Source: a virus. Taken from it: 43,139 nucleotides of DNA. The notes under the pieces are model-generated. The model did no database searches. It had not been told where the DNA came from and saw only the letters and a list, made by a program, of their open reading frames with translations. Positions 22,292 through 30,796 of the stretch are shown here, piece after piece. Numbering within the stretch: position 1 is the first letter of the stretch; each line of letters starts with the position of its first letter. Position numbers and translations under genes: made by a program. The stretch is taken from IMG/VR virus record IMGVR_UViG_3300045993_000388, positions 1 through 43,139 of that record; one strand, written 5' to 3'.

Positions 22292-23118
22292 TGTTTGAAT
22301 TCAGCGAAGAATATATTAACGACCTTTTCAAGCGCATATTTAACGGTGAAATAACCGAATATGAATTGCCGGAAAGCCTTTATCATTCAATCGCTGACTA
22401 TTTAAAAAAGGGTGCTTATAAAGGTTACGGCATAGATTTTAAAACGCTTACAAAGGAAATTAACGAAGGGTTGGTTAGTGAGTTCACCGAATCAGATTTG
22501 GAACTATTAACTAATCTTAGGGAAAACATCTACATGTTCAGCGCGGCAAAGACCTATCAACAGGTTAAGGAAATGACCGAAGCCCTGGTGAATGAAAAAG
22601 GGACCGTGGTTTCGTTTGGTGAGTTTAAAGAAGCGGCAGGAGAAATATTCGATTTGTACAATTCCACATGGCTTAAAACAGAATACGATACTGCCATTGG
22701 CCAGGCGCAGGAATCAGTGAAGTGGGAAAGTATAGAAAAGAACAAGGAAGTATTGCCCTATTTACGATACAGTGCGGTTATGGATGCAAACACTTCTGAA
22801 ATATGTGCGCCATTGGACGGGATAGTGGCACCGGTGGACGACCCAATATGGAACACCATCGCACCGCTAAACCATTTTAATTGCCGCTGCCTTTTAGAGC
22901 AATTGGATAAGGAAGAAGGCGAGAAAAAAGAAACGCCAGATGGGGAGAAGAACGAAAAAGTGAATGAAGTAAAAGGTGAAATGCAAGATGTGTTCAAAAT
23001 GAACGCAGGGAAGGACGGTTATATTTTTAAGGATGATCACCCATATTTCCACGTTCCGAAAGGGGATGTGGAGTTTGCACAAAACAACTTTGATTTACCA
23101 ATTCCAAAAAAGGATTAA
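22291..23118 (+). CDS. Head morphogenesis protein, Mu F / SPP1 gp7 family
   Basis: 275 aa. YLRYSAVMDANTSEICAPLDGIV...PLNHFNCRCLL is the Phage_Mu_F signature. Confidence 0.85.
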   Translation: MFEFSEEYINDLFKRIFNGEITEYELPESLYHSIADYLKKGAYKGYGIDFKTLTKEINEGLVSEFTESDLELLTNLRENIYMFSAAKTYQQVKEMTEALVNEKGTVVSFGEFKEAAGEIFDLYNSTWLKTEYDTAIGQAQESVKWESIEKNKEVLPYLRYSAVMDANTSEICAPLDGIVAPVDDPIWNTIAPLNHFNCRCLLEQLDKEEGEKKETPDGEKNEKVNEVKGEMQDVFKMNAGKDGYIFKDDHPYFHVPKGDVEFAQNNFDLPIPKKD

Positions 23119-23120
23119 AA

Positions 23121-23450
23121 ATGAGTGAATTATTAAAAACTAAACCGGCACCGATCAACTGGTCAAAGGTTGCAACAACCGGAAACAATGCCATTGACCT
23201 TGTGGCGCAATGTGTAGGGCATGCACGGGCAACGCGCAGGCCTATTTCTGCAATCATACTAAAACCATCGTCGCACGATCAGTTTCGTGCTGGGTTAATG
23301 GTATTGATGGCCCAGGCTGGGGAAGTAATGACCGAAGATCCTGCAGCAATCCTAACCTTTGATGGGGTGGAAATTAAGCGCGGTTCTTCTTATCAGTTTG
23401 ACACTATGAAGGTGGAATATTTCAACAGGAAAATGCCATTGGCAAACTAA
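23121..23450 (+). CDS. Hypothetical protein
   Basis: 109-aa ORF. Confidence 0.5.
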   Translation: MSELLKTKPAPINWSKVATTGNNAIDLVAQCVGHARATRRPISAIILKPSSHDQFRAGLMVLMAQAGEVMTEDPAAILTFDGVEIKRGSSYQFDTMKVEYFNRKMPLAN

Positions 23451-23908
23451 TGGCAGACAACAAATTTCATACAGGCAAAATCTTAGAAAACATCAAGAAG
23501 ATGAAGGCGGACGTGCCGGTGAAATTAGCCAATATGACCCAACGGTTCTTTTTGGCATCGTTTACAGAACAGGGCTGGGGTGGGGATGGTGGATTGAACA
23601 AGTGGAAGGAAGTAAAACGTCGGCAACCTAGGACACCGGAGTATAAATACCCCAAGACGAAACAGTTAAGCCGCAGGACAAGCCCCATATTAGTAAGAAC
23701 GGGCAAATTGCGCCGCGCTGTTAGTAATAGCATTAGGCTAGCAACGTTTGAGAAAATACAATTGGTTGTGCCTTTAGAATATGCGAAATATCAGAACGAC
23801 GGAACAACCAGGATTACAAAAAGGAAGTTCATGGGCGACGGCGTGGCATTGCGTAAAAAACAAAAGGCATTAATCTTAAATGAAATGGCAAAAGTATGGC
23901 AGGGATAA
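23450..23908 (+). CDS. Virion morphogenesis protein (Mu G / HK97 gp10-like)
   Basis: 152 aa. The pattern F..SF..QGWGG...W......SPILVRTGKLRRAVS.......VPLEYAKYQNDGT..I.KRKFMG fits the Mu G tail-completion family. Confidence 0.5.
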   Translation: MADNKFHTGKILENIKKMKADVPVKLANMTQRFFLASFTEQGWGGDGGLNKWKEVKRRQPRTPEYKYPKTKQLSRRTSPILVRTGKLRRAVSNSIRLATFEKIQLVVPLEYAKYQNDGTTRITKRKFMGDGVALRKKQKALILNEMAKVWQG

Positions 23909-24480
23909 AAGCACCATTGCTGGACATATTAACCAAGTTATCAACATTGATCGTTACTAATGGCGATGGTAAAAACGTGGGAATATATGCCCGTGTGTGG
24001 AACAACCAATTGCGCAGTGAACATGAAGGCAAGTTGTACGACTTCCCAAAGCCAGCTGTATTTGTTGAGATCATTAGCCCGGTACAATACCAGGAGATTG
24101 GTGAAAACTTCCGCAACGCAGACCTTGGCATCAATATCCATTTAGTGCATGAGTATTTTAACGATGAAGGGAACTTTGAACAGGACTTATTGGTGTTTGA
24201 TTTGCGCGATCAAATCATTGCACTTTTAAGCCAATACAAACCGACCGGATGTGGATTGATGGTTTGCCTGAACGAACAACAGGACTTTGACCACGACAGT
24301 ATTTATCATTTTATAATAGGATTTGTTGTAAATTTCACAGATAGTAAAGGCAGCCCTTATGATCCATCACGCGGTGGTTATATCGACAGCGTTCCGCCGA
24401 CTAACTTGGAAATCGATGTGACAATTGCAACAACACCTGTATATGACCCAGGACAACAAGACTTTAAAATAATACAATAA
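23896..24480 (+). CDS. Hypothetical structural protein
   Basis: 194-aa ORF with a 13-nt overlap upstream. Confidence 0.5.
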   Translation: MAGIKAPLLDILTKLSTLIVTNGDGKNVGIYARVWNNQLRSEHEGKLYDFPKPAVFVEIISPVQYQEIGENFRNADLGINIHLVHEYFNDEGNFEQDLLVFDLRDQIIALLSQYKPTGCGLMVCLNEQQDFDHDSIYHFIIGFVVNFTDSKGSPYDPSRGGYIDSVPPTNLEIDVTIATTPVYDPGQQDFKIIQ

Positions 24481-25325
24481 TGGCACGATCAGTTTCACTC
24501 ATACAGCAACAAATGTTGGATAATATCGCAGCTGACGCGACACTTTCCACACTATTAACAAGCACAAGTAAACGTGCTGTTTACCGCCTATTTACATACA
24601 TCGTCGCAGTTGCCATTAATGCATTGGAACAGTTGATTGATATCTTTACCGCTTCGGTGGAAGCCACGGCAGCAGCAGCCAGCCCAGCCACACCAACCTG
24701 GTTACAGGCGCAAATATTTAAGTTTCAATACAGCGCAGCCACGCCACAGGTTGTACAGTTAATAAACTTCGCACCAGCATACCCCGTGGTGGATCCTACT
24801 TTGCAAATCATTTCACGTTGTTCGGTAACGACTAACCTTTCCAATAGTGTAATTATAAAATCGGCAACAGGCACAACTCCTGCAGCTTTATCAAGCCCAC
24901 AATTATCCGCGCTTCAATCATACGTTAATCAAATAGGGATTGCCGGGGTAATTTATACCTGTATCAGTGGTTCACCCGATCAACTCTATGTGCAGGCAAA
25001 TATTTACTATCAGGGTCAATATAGCAGTGTAATATCTGCCAACGTTATTGCGGCGATTAATACCTTCCTGGCGGCCATCCCTTTCAATGGTCAAATGAAA
25101 ATTAGCGATCTTGAAAGCGCCATCCGAAACGTTACCGGAGTAAACGACGTGGTGTTGGTGAATGTAAAGGCCAGGGATAACGGGACGGCTTTTGGTTCAG
25201 GTAACTACCTTATCCAATCCCAACAAATCATTGGACGTCTTTGGGCAACCATCGCTGGTTATATGGTGTCGGAAACTACAAGTGGGCAAACCTTAACTGA
25301 TTCACTAACCTTCATTGCTGAGTAA
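24480..25325 (+). CDS. Baseplate J-like protein (weak)
   Basis: 281 aa. The C-terminal pattern VISANVIAAINTFLAAIPFNGQMKISDLESAIRNVTGVNDVVL resembles the C-terminal region of baseplate J-family proteins. Confidence 0.4.
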   Translation: MARSVSLIQQQMLDNIAADATLSTLLTSTSKRAVYRLFTYIVAVAINALEQLIDIFTASVEATAAAASPATPTWLQAQIFKFQYSAATPQVVQLINFAPAYPVVDPTLQIISRCSVTTNLSNSVIIKSATGTTPAALSSPQLSALQSYVNQIGIAGVIYTCISGSPDQLYVQANIYYQGQYSSVISANVIAAINTFLAAIPFNGQMKISDLESAIRNVTGVNDVVLVNVKARDNGTAFGSGNYLIQSQQIIGRLWATIAGYMVSETTSGQTLTDSLTFIAE

Positions 25326-26005
25326 TGTCAAATACGATTTATGATATAGACTTTAACACCAATGCGGTGCAAATGTTACCGCCGGACAAGCGGTTCACAC
25401 GCCAAACGGCATGGGTGCGCATACTGCTTTCCTGCCTGCAGTATCTTCGCGATCTTTGGTTTGGTTCGTATCGCACTGGAAGCACTGCAGCGACTTGGGT
25501 TAACTCAACCACTTACACGAAGTATGCGCAGGTCAAATACAGTAATAAGATCATTTACGAAAGCCTTAAAAACGGGAACACCGACCTTCCAACAAATACA
25601 GCATCCTGGCGAGTTATCCAACCTATATTTATCGGGATGTTTGAAAGGATCCTGTACAACGGGCAAAAGCTGACATTGGAATATGCCATGAACAAGTGGT
25701 TCGGCACAACTTTCCGCCAACCAAACAGCACATCGGATATTTATATTTCAAATAATAGCATTACCATTCCGACGTTCAGGGTGGGAACTTTAGAATTAGG
25801 AAGCAGCGTGGTGGGAACGCTAAGTTCATCAGAGTTTATCGGCACTGTTTCTTCCTTCACCGTTTCGGCTAACTTCACCATCCATTGCCCCGTGGCAGTG
25901 TATAATGCACTTGATATCACCCTTATTAATAATGACAAAATATTCCGTGCCTTCGTGGACAAATACGTTCCTGCGGGGGTTACATACACAATAATTACTT
26001 ATTAA
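25325..26005 (+). CDS. Hypothetical tail/baseplate protein (possibly gpI-like)
   Basis: 226 aa, start-stop coupled to the J-like gene. The N-terminal MLPPDKR motif is only vaguely gpI-like. Confidence 0.35.
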   Translation: MSNTIYDIDFNTNAVQMLPPDKRFTRQTAWVRILLSCLQYLRDLWFGSYRTGSTAATWVNSTTYTKYAQVKYSNKIIYESLKNGNTDLPTNTASWRVIQPIFIGMFERILYNGQKLTLEYAMNKWFGTTFRQPNSTSDIYISNNSITIPTFRVGTLELGSSVVGTLSSSEFIGTVSSFTVSANFTIHCPVAVYNALDITLINNDKIFRAFVDKYVPAGVTYTIITY

Positions 26006-26006
26006 A

Positions 26007-26456
26007 ATGAATATAATTTCAGAATGGAAATATATTGTTGGGTACGAAGGGTTGTACTGTATAAGTTCAGATGGGCGTGTCAAGTCTATAGACAGAATGA
26101 TAGTTGATGGAAGAACAAAAGAAGGTACAAGAATATTAAAAGGCGCAATGCGAATTTTTGGGTGTTCTAAAAACGGGTATTCCCAAATAATACTTTTTAA
26201 AAATGGGGGGAAGAAAATATTTCTTGTTCATCGATTAGTAGCAGAACATTTTATTGATAACCCTGAAAATAAAAAACAGGTTAATCATAAAGACGGGAAT
26301 AAAAAAAATAATTTATTTGAAAATTTAGAATGGGTTTCTGCTTCTGAAAATAGCATCCATGCATATAATTCAAAATTGAGAATTGCCCCATGGACAGGTA
26401 AAAAAAGAAGTATTGAAACAAAAGAAAAAATAAGTATCACAAAAAGAAAATACTAA
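26007..26456 (+). CDS. HNH homing endonuclease (NUMOD4 plus HNH_3 type)
   Basis: 149 aa. WKYIVGYEGLYCISSDGRVKS (NUMOD4) and HRLVAEHFIDNP...VNHKDGNKKNNLFENLEWVSASEN (HNH). The gene is markedly AT-rich relative to its flanks. Confidence 0.85.
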   Translation: MNIISEWKYIVGYEGLYCISSDGRVKSIDRMIVDGRTKEGTRILKGAMRIFGCSKNGYSQIILFKNGGKKIFLVHRLVAEHFIDNPENKKQVNHKDGNKKNNLFENLEWVSASENSIHAYNSKLRIAPWTGKKRSIETKEKISITKRKY

Positions 26457-26459
26457 ACC

Positions 26460-27233
26460 ATGCGGACACTTACCACATCGAACATCACAAGCACCGCGCA
26501 AATGCCGGTTAAATCAGGTACACTTGATCACATTCAATTGGCCTACCAGGAAGCAATCACGGCACTTGGGAATAGTATTATCCATCGTTTGCCCGACAAT
26601 GCGAACTTTTATATTTTGTACGGGTGCGTTAATAGTGGTTCGGGGTTAAGCTATGTGATCAGCGCAGGTGCTATTTACTACAATGGCGAAGTTTTCCTTG
26701 TGGATGCGACGACCTTTACTGCGACATCGGGACAGGTGGCCGTTGGTAATATTTCAATATCACAATATGGAACGAATGCGGATCCGGTAACGTTCACAAA
26801 CGGCACATCTTACAACGTGCATAATATTAGAAAGATCGCGTTTGCATCCGGTGTTTCGGGTTCAGGCATTTGCGACCTGGCGAATGCACTGCAGGTTCCA
26901 GGGATATTAGTGAATGAACAAGTGGCTGCGCTTCCTGCATCATTGACCGTATTTTTCAAACAGGATAAGGCGACGTTCTTTGCTTCTGCACCGAATAATA
27001 CAACGATCACATTTGATTTTACCAACGCTGTTCCAGGGGCTGTTGTACGTTTAAAGTGGACTTATGGCGCAAGTAAAACACTGACCATTAGCACACCAAC
27101 GGGCAGCACAATTATCAGGGATAGTGGAAACCTTGCGGCAGTGGCATCGGCTAACAACCTTTTGTATTTCATTTACTGCGGAAAGAACGAATCAGGAAAC
27201 GACGAAGTTTCTTATACCCTAAAACAATACTAA
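26460..27233 (+). CDS. Hypothetical structural protein
   Basis: 257-aa ORF. Confidence 0.5.
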   Translation: MRTLTTSNITSTAQMPVKSGTLDHIQLAYQEAITALGNSIIHRLPDNANFYILYGCVNSGSGLSYVISAGAIYYNGEVFLVDATTFTATSGQVAVGNISISQYGTNADPVTFTNGTSYNVHNIRKIAFASGVSGSGICDLANALQVPGILVNEQVAALPASLTVFFKQDKATFFASAPNNTTITFDFTNAVPGAVVRLKWTYGASKTLTISTPTGSTIIRDSGNLAAVASANNLLYFIYCGKNESGNDEVSYTLKQY

Positions 27234-27634
27234 TGATCGGACGTTATTATGTTGCATTAGACCCAGGCGGCACAACGGGAACGGCTTGTATATTTACGAC
27301 CGATTCAGCTATTACGGGCAATTCATCTTATGCACAAGATCAGAAAAATATCACGGGTGCTGCAGGGGCAATAGTTACGATTCAAGTAACTAACCTTGTT
27401 AATACCAACGGTTCTATTCCAGGAAGTGGGGCGCAATACAATACAACCTGGGCGCACTTGAACGATACCTTTACGGTTACGTTGGACGGTTCGGGCAATG
27501 GTAACTTTATTTCATTGGTTACAGGAAACCCAGCGCATACAGGAACAGTTATTTTAATACAATACACCATCGTCGGTGTTTCTTCAGGTTACATTGGATC
27601 GCCTAACGTTAAGCAAACAAGCAAAGTTTATTAA
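27233..27634 (+). CDS. Hypothetical structural protein
   Basis: 133-aa Thr/Gly-rich ORF. Confidence 0.5.
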   Translation: MIGRYYVALDPGGTTGTACIFTTDSAITGNSSYAQDQKNITGAAGAIVTIQVTNLVNTNGSIPGSGAQYNTTWAHLNDTFTVTLDGSGNGNFISLVTGNPAHTGTVILIQYTIVGVSSGYIGSPNVKQTSKVY

Positions 27635-27635
27635 T

Positions 27636-27845
27636 ATGGATACCCCAAAGAAAAAATCCGTTGCCCTTCAAAGACACATCCAGGCATACCCAACACCAAA
27701 GTATTTCACTTTGGTGGATGCCATGAGTAAATGTCGGGAGATCAGCAAAAGTGAAGTTGTAAATACAGCCGTGAAAGAATACTTCGATCGGATGCCGGAA
27801 CAGGAACGACAACGGATCCTTACCATTGGGAGAAATAGTTATTAA
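27636..27845 (+). CDS. Possible ribbon-helix-helix (CopG/Arc-like) DNA-binding protein
   Basis: 69 aa from the ATG at 27636. ...ISKSEVVNTAVKEYFDRMPEQERQRIL resembles RHH helices. An imperfect inverted repeat follows in the next gap. Confidence 0.3.
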   Translation: MDTPKKKSVALQRHIQAYPTPKYFTLVDAMSKCREISKSEVVNTAVKEYFDRMPEQERQRILTIGRNSY

Positions 27846-27902
27846 TTTTTGTAAGTTACAAACACGCATAGTAGAATATGTGTTTATAATTTTAGTCTGA
27901 CA

Positions 27903-29069
27903 ATGAAATTCCAGTATGTTCAAAATATAGAAAGTGACGAACCGGTAATGCTTATTAATAAGCATATTGGTTTTGATGAACAGGATGGGATGGGAATTGA
28001 TGGTTCTTTGTTTCAGGAAGAGTTAATGGCTTTAGATAACATGGGCAAAAAGCGCATTCAGGTTTGGATCAATTCCGTGGGGGGGATAGTAATGGACGGT
28101 TACAATATTTGTACCGCCATCTTAAAAACAAAAACCCCGGTTGATACTTACTGCATGGGAATGGCCGCTTCAATTGCTGGTGTTATTTTCCAAACAGGGC
28201 GCAAAAGGGTAATGGCCGATTACGGGATTTTGATGTATCACAACCCATATTCAGGTGAAACCACTGCAAGCCCATTGCTGGATAGCATGAAGGAGAGCCT
28301 TAACACTTTGATTCGCGGTAAATGTGGAATGTCGGAAGACGCGGTGCAAAGGATGATGGACAGAACAAGTTTTATCCAGGCAGACGAAGCGGCGGAAATG
28401 AAATTGTGCGATCAGGTAGAACACACCGTAAAGTTAAACACCAAGTATATGCCCCGCACGTTTAACGACGGGCGCAGATTCTACGAAGCAGCAAACAGGG
28501 TTCTAAACAAATTATTCGATAATCAAACAACATCAAAAATGTTAAAAGTAACTAATAAACTTAGCCTTACAGAAGATGCAAACGAAGAAAGCATCCTTAA
28601 AGCTATTGAAGGCATCGAAAACCGCGCAGTGGTTGCCGAAGAAGCCTTGAATGCTTCCAACAAAAAAAGTGCAGAAGAATTGGATAAGATGAAGAACGAT
28701 TTGGACGATATGGAAAACAAGTTCAAAAATGCACAGAAAGAATATGAAGATTGTAAGAATGCTTTGGATGCAGTAAATGCAGAAAAAGAAGTGGTTGAAA
28801 ATGCAGCAAAAGCAGAAAAGGCTAAAAACCTTATTGAAGATGCTGTTAAGATCGGTAAAATCAAAAACGAAGTTGCTGTAATGGAAGAGTGGAAAGCTAA
28901 AGCAACCGCAAACTTTGATGAAACAAAAGCATTGTTGGACGGTATCGCTATGAATAAAAGCGCATCTAAGTTCACCATCGCAAGCAAAGAAGGCGAAGCC
29001 GCTGTTAAATACCCAAGTGTGGGTCAGGCAATGGCGAGACTTTCAATTGAATTAGATAAGAAGAAATAA
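27903..29069 (+). CDS. ClpP-like (S14) prohead protease fused to a coiled-coil scaffold domain
   Basis: 388 aa. INSVGG, the catalytic Ser context GMAASIAGVIF, the His context LMYHNP and the Asp context MDRTSF..ADEAAEMKLCD. The C-terminal 170 aa are Lys/Glu/Ala-rich coiled coil. Confidence 0.85.
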   Translation: MKFQYVQNIESDEPVMLINKHIGFDEQDGMGIDGSLFQEELMALDNMGKKRIQVWINSVGGIVMDGYNICTAILKTKTPVDTYCMGMAASIAGVIFQTGRKRVMADYGILMYHNPYSGETTASPLLDSMKESLNTLIRGKCGMSEDAVQRMMDRTSFIQADEAAEMKLCDQVEHTVKLNTKYMPRTFNDGRRFYEAANRVLNKLFDNQTTSKMLKVTNKLSLTEDANEESILKAIEGIENRAVVAEEALNASNKKSAEELDKMKNDLDDMENKFKNAQKEYEDCKNALDAVNAEKEVVENAAKAEKAKNLIEDAVKIGKIKNEVAVMEEWKAKATANFDETKALLDGIAMNKSASKFTIASKEGEAAVKYPSVGQAMARLSIELDKKK

Positions 29070-29096
29070 ATCTTTTAATAATAAAAACCTACAAAA

Positions 29097-30140
29097 ATGC
29101 CTGAAGCATTAGTAATTGCAGATACCACGTATGCCGGTGACGCAGCCAGCTACTTTTTAACCCGTCCGGTAATCGATATGGACACAACCAAGAAAGGTTG
29201 CATTCACGTTCAGGATGGCATTAAGAAACAATACACAATCCCAAGGATTGAAGTATCAGGTTTCATTCAAAAACGCGCGGCAACGCCTACATCAACCGGA
29301 AGCATTATTGTGGATGGCCAGGTGTTAGTGCCTAAAGATTTGATGTTGTACATCGAATTTAACCCACGTGATTATGAAGCACACTGGCAGGCAGTGAACT
29401 TGGATCCTAAGTTATTGGATCGTGAACTTCCGCCAACAGCAGAAGAATTCACCATGTTACAGACAATGAAGCGTTTGAATGAATTCTTCGAAAATGCTAC
29501 TTGGAGAAGTCGTTTGATTTTCGACCCAAGCAATGCATCGTATGCAACACCTGCTTCAAAAGGTCAAGCAACTGGCGACGCTGTTTATATGTATTTCGAT
29601 GGTTTAATTACTAAACTATTGAACGCTGCAACAACCGCTGGTACAAACGCAGTTGCCACCATCCAGGTTTCAAGCCCATTGATTTTGGTTGCAGGAACAG
29701 GTGATGGTTCACACGAAAATATCAGCGCGGCACTTGCCCGTGTTTACAGTTCTGTTCCACAGGCGTTATTGTTCAAATATGGCTCTAAGGGATTGAAGTT
29801 CCATGTGTCTTATTTGACTCAACAAATTTACGAACAGGATTTATTGCTTGGAACTTACAAGAACCAAGACACCACTGAAAAAGGTATTAACCGTTACAAA
29901 GGTTATGATGTTGTGCCTTTAGCAGGTATGCCTGACAACACCATCGTTGCTTGTATTTCTTCTCCTGATTTGGATTCTAACCTTTGGTTAGGTGTGAACA
30001 GCACAGAAGATCAGGATGGTTTACAGTTAGCGCGCTTACAGGCGAACAGTGAATTGTATTTCATTAAAGGTTTGTTTAAAATGGACACACAGATCGGGTT
30101 CCCTGACTTTGTGGTTCTTTACACAAACATCACCGCATAA
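29097..30140 (+). CDS. Major capsid protein (HK97-fold, by position)
   Basis: 347 aa. It lies immediately after the protease-scaffold gene and is followed by a hairpin. No direct motif check was possible. Confidence 0.6.
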   Translation: MPEALVIADTTYAGDAASYFLTRPVIDMDTTKKGCIHVQDGIKKQYTIPRIEVSGFIQKRAATPTSTGSIIVDGQVLVPKDLMLYIEFNPRDYEAHWQAVNLDPKLLDRELPPTAEEFTMLQTMKRLNEFFENATWRSRLIFDPSNASYATPASKGQATGDAVYMYFDGLITKLLNAATTAGTNAVATIQVSSPLILVAGTGDGSHENISAALARVYSSVPQALLFKYGSKGLKFHVSYLTQQIYEQDLLLGTYKNQDTTEKGINRYKGYDVVPLAGMPDNTIVACISSPDLDSNLWLGVNSTEDQDGLQLARLQANSELYFIKGLFKMDTQIGFPDFVVLYTNITA

Positions 30141-30148
30141 ATTAAAAC

Positions 30149-30176
30149 GGGGCAGTGTAAAATCTGCCCCAATTTT
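30149..30176 (+). terminator. Hairpin / weak terminator after the capsid gene
   Basis: Stem ggggcag/ctgcccc (7 bp), 8-nt loop, then aatttta (only T4). Confidence 0.4.
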
Positions 30177-30198
30177 ATAAAGCATTAAATATTAAAAA

Positions 30199-30564
30199 AT
30201 GCCCAATTCATTCCGCTTCTTACGTGGAGCAAACCAGGACAATACTTTAAGAACCGCAACGCAGGATGCACAATCCCTTCCTTACGCAGCAACAATCGCG
30301 ATCACGCCGATCATGACTGAGAACTTGTATGTAATAGGACAGTTGACAGGTGCTTTAACCATCAATGCAACCGTAACAGGTCTGTATATTGGTGATAAAG
30401 TGCGCGTGTTATTAGCATCAGATGCTTCTGCGCGTGTTGTGACTTTTGGTACAAACTTTTTGTCAGGTGGTACAATGTCAGTTACAGGTACTAAAACCGG
30501 TTTCATTGATTTTATGTTCAACGGAACAAATCTTCAAGAAATGGGTCGTGTTGTAACTGCATAA
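30199..30564 (+). CDS. Hypothetical head or connector protein
   Basis: 121-aa ORF between the capsid and sheath genes. Confidence 0.5.
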   Translation: MPNSFRFLRGANQDNTLRTATQDAQSLPYAATIAITPIMTENLYVIGQLTGALTINATVTGLYIGDKVRVLLASDASARVVTFGTNFLSGGTMSVTGTKTGFIDFMFNGTNLQEMGRVVTA

Positions 30565-30588
30565 TTTTAACCTAACAACAAAACAACA

Positions 30589-30783
30589 ATGGCAAAAGTA
30601 GTAAAAGAAAAGCCCGAAGTTCCAGTGGTGCAAAGTGAGATACCTAACCACGAACAATTGAAAGCCGTATTGAATGCACAACCACACGTTCTTGTAATTC
30701 ATGTAAATGATGCAGGAGAATGGTTCTTCATGGAAAAACCAGGCTTCACACCATATACGCGTGAAGATATTTTAAACGGTTAA
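30589..30783 (+). CDS. Hypothetical protein
   Basis: 64-aa ORF. Confidence 0.45.
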   Translation: MAKVVKEKPEVPVVQSEIPNHEQLKAVLNAQPHVLVIHVNDAGEWFFMEKPGFTPYTREDILNG

Positions 30784-30796
30784 AACTTAACCAATA

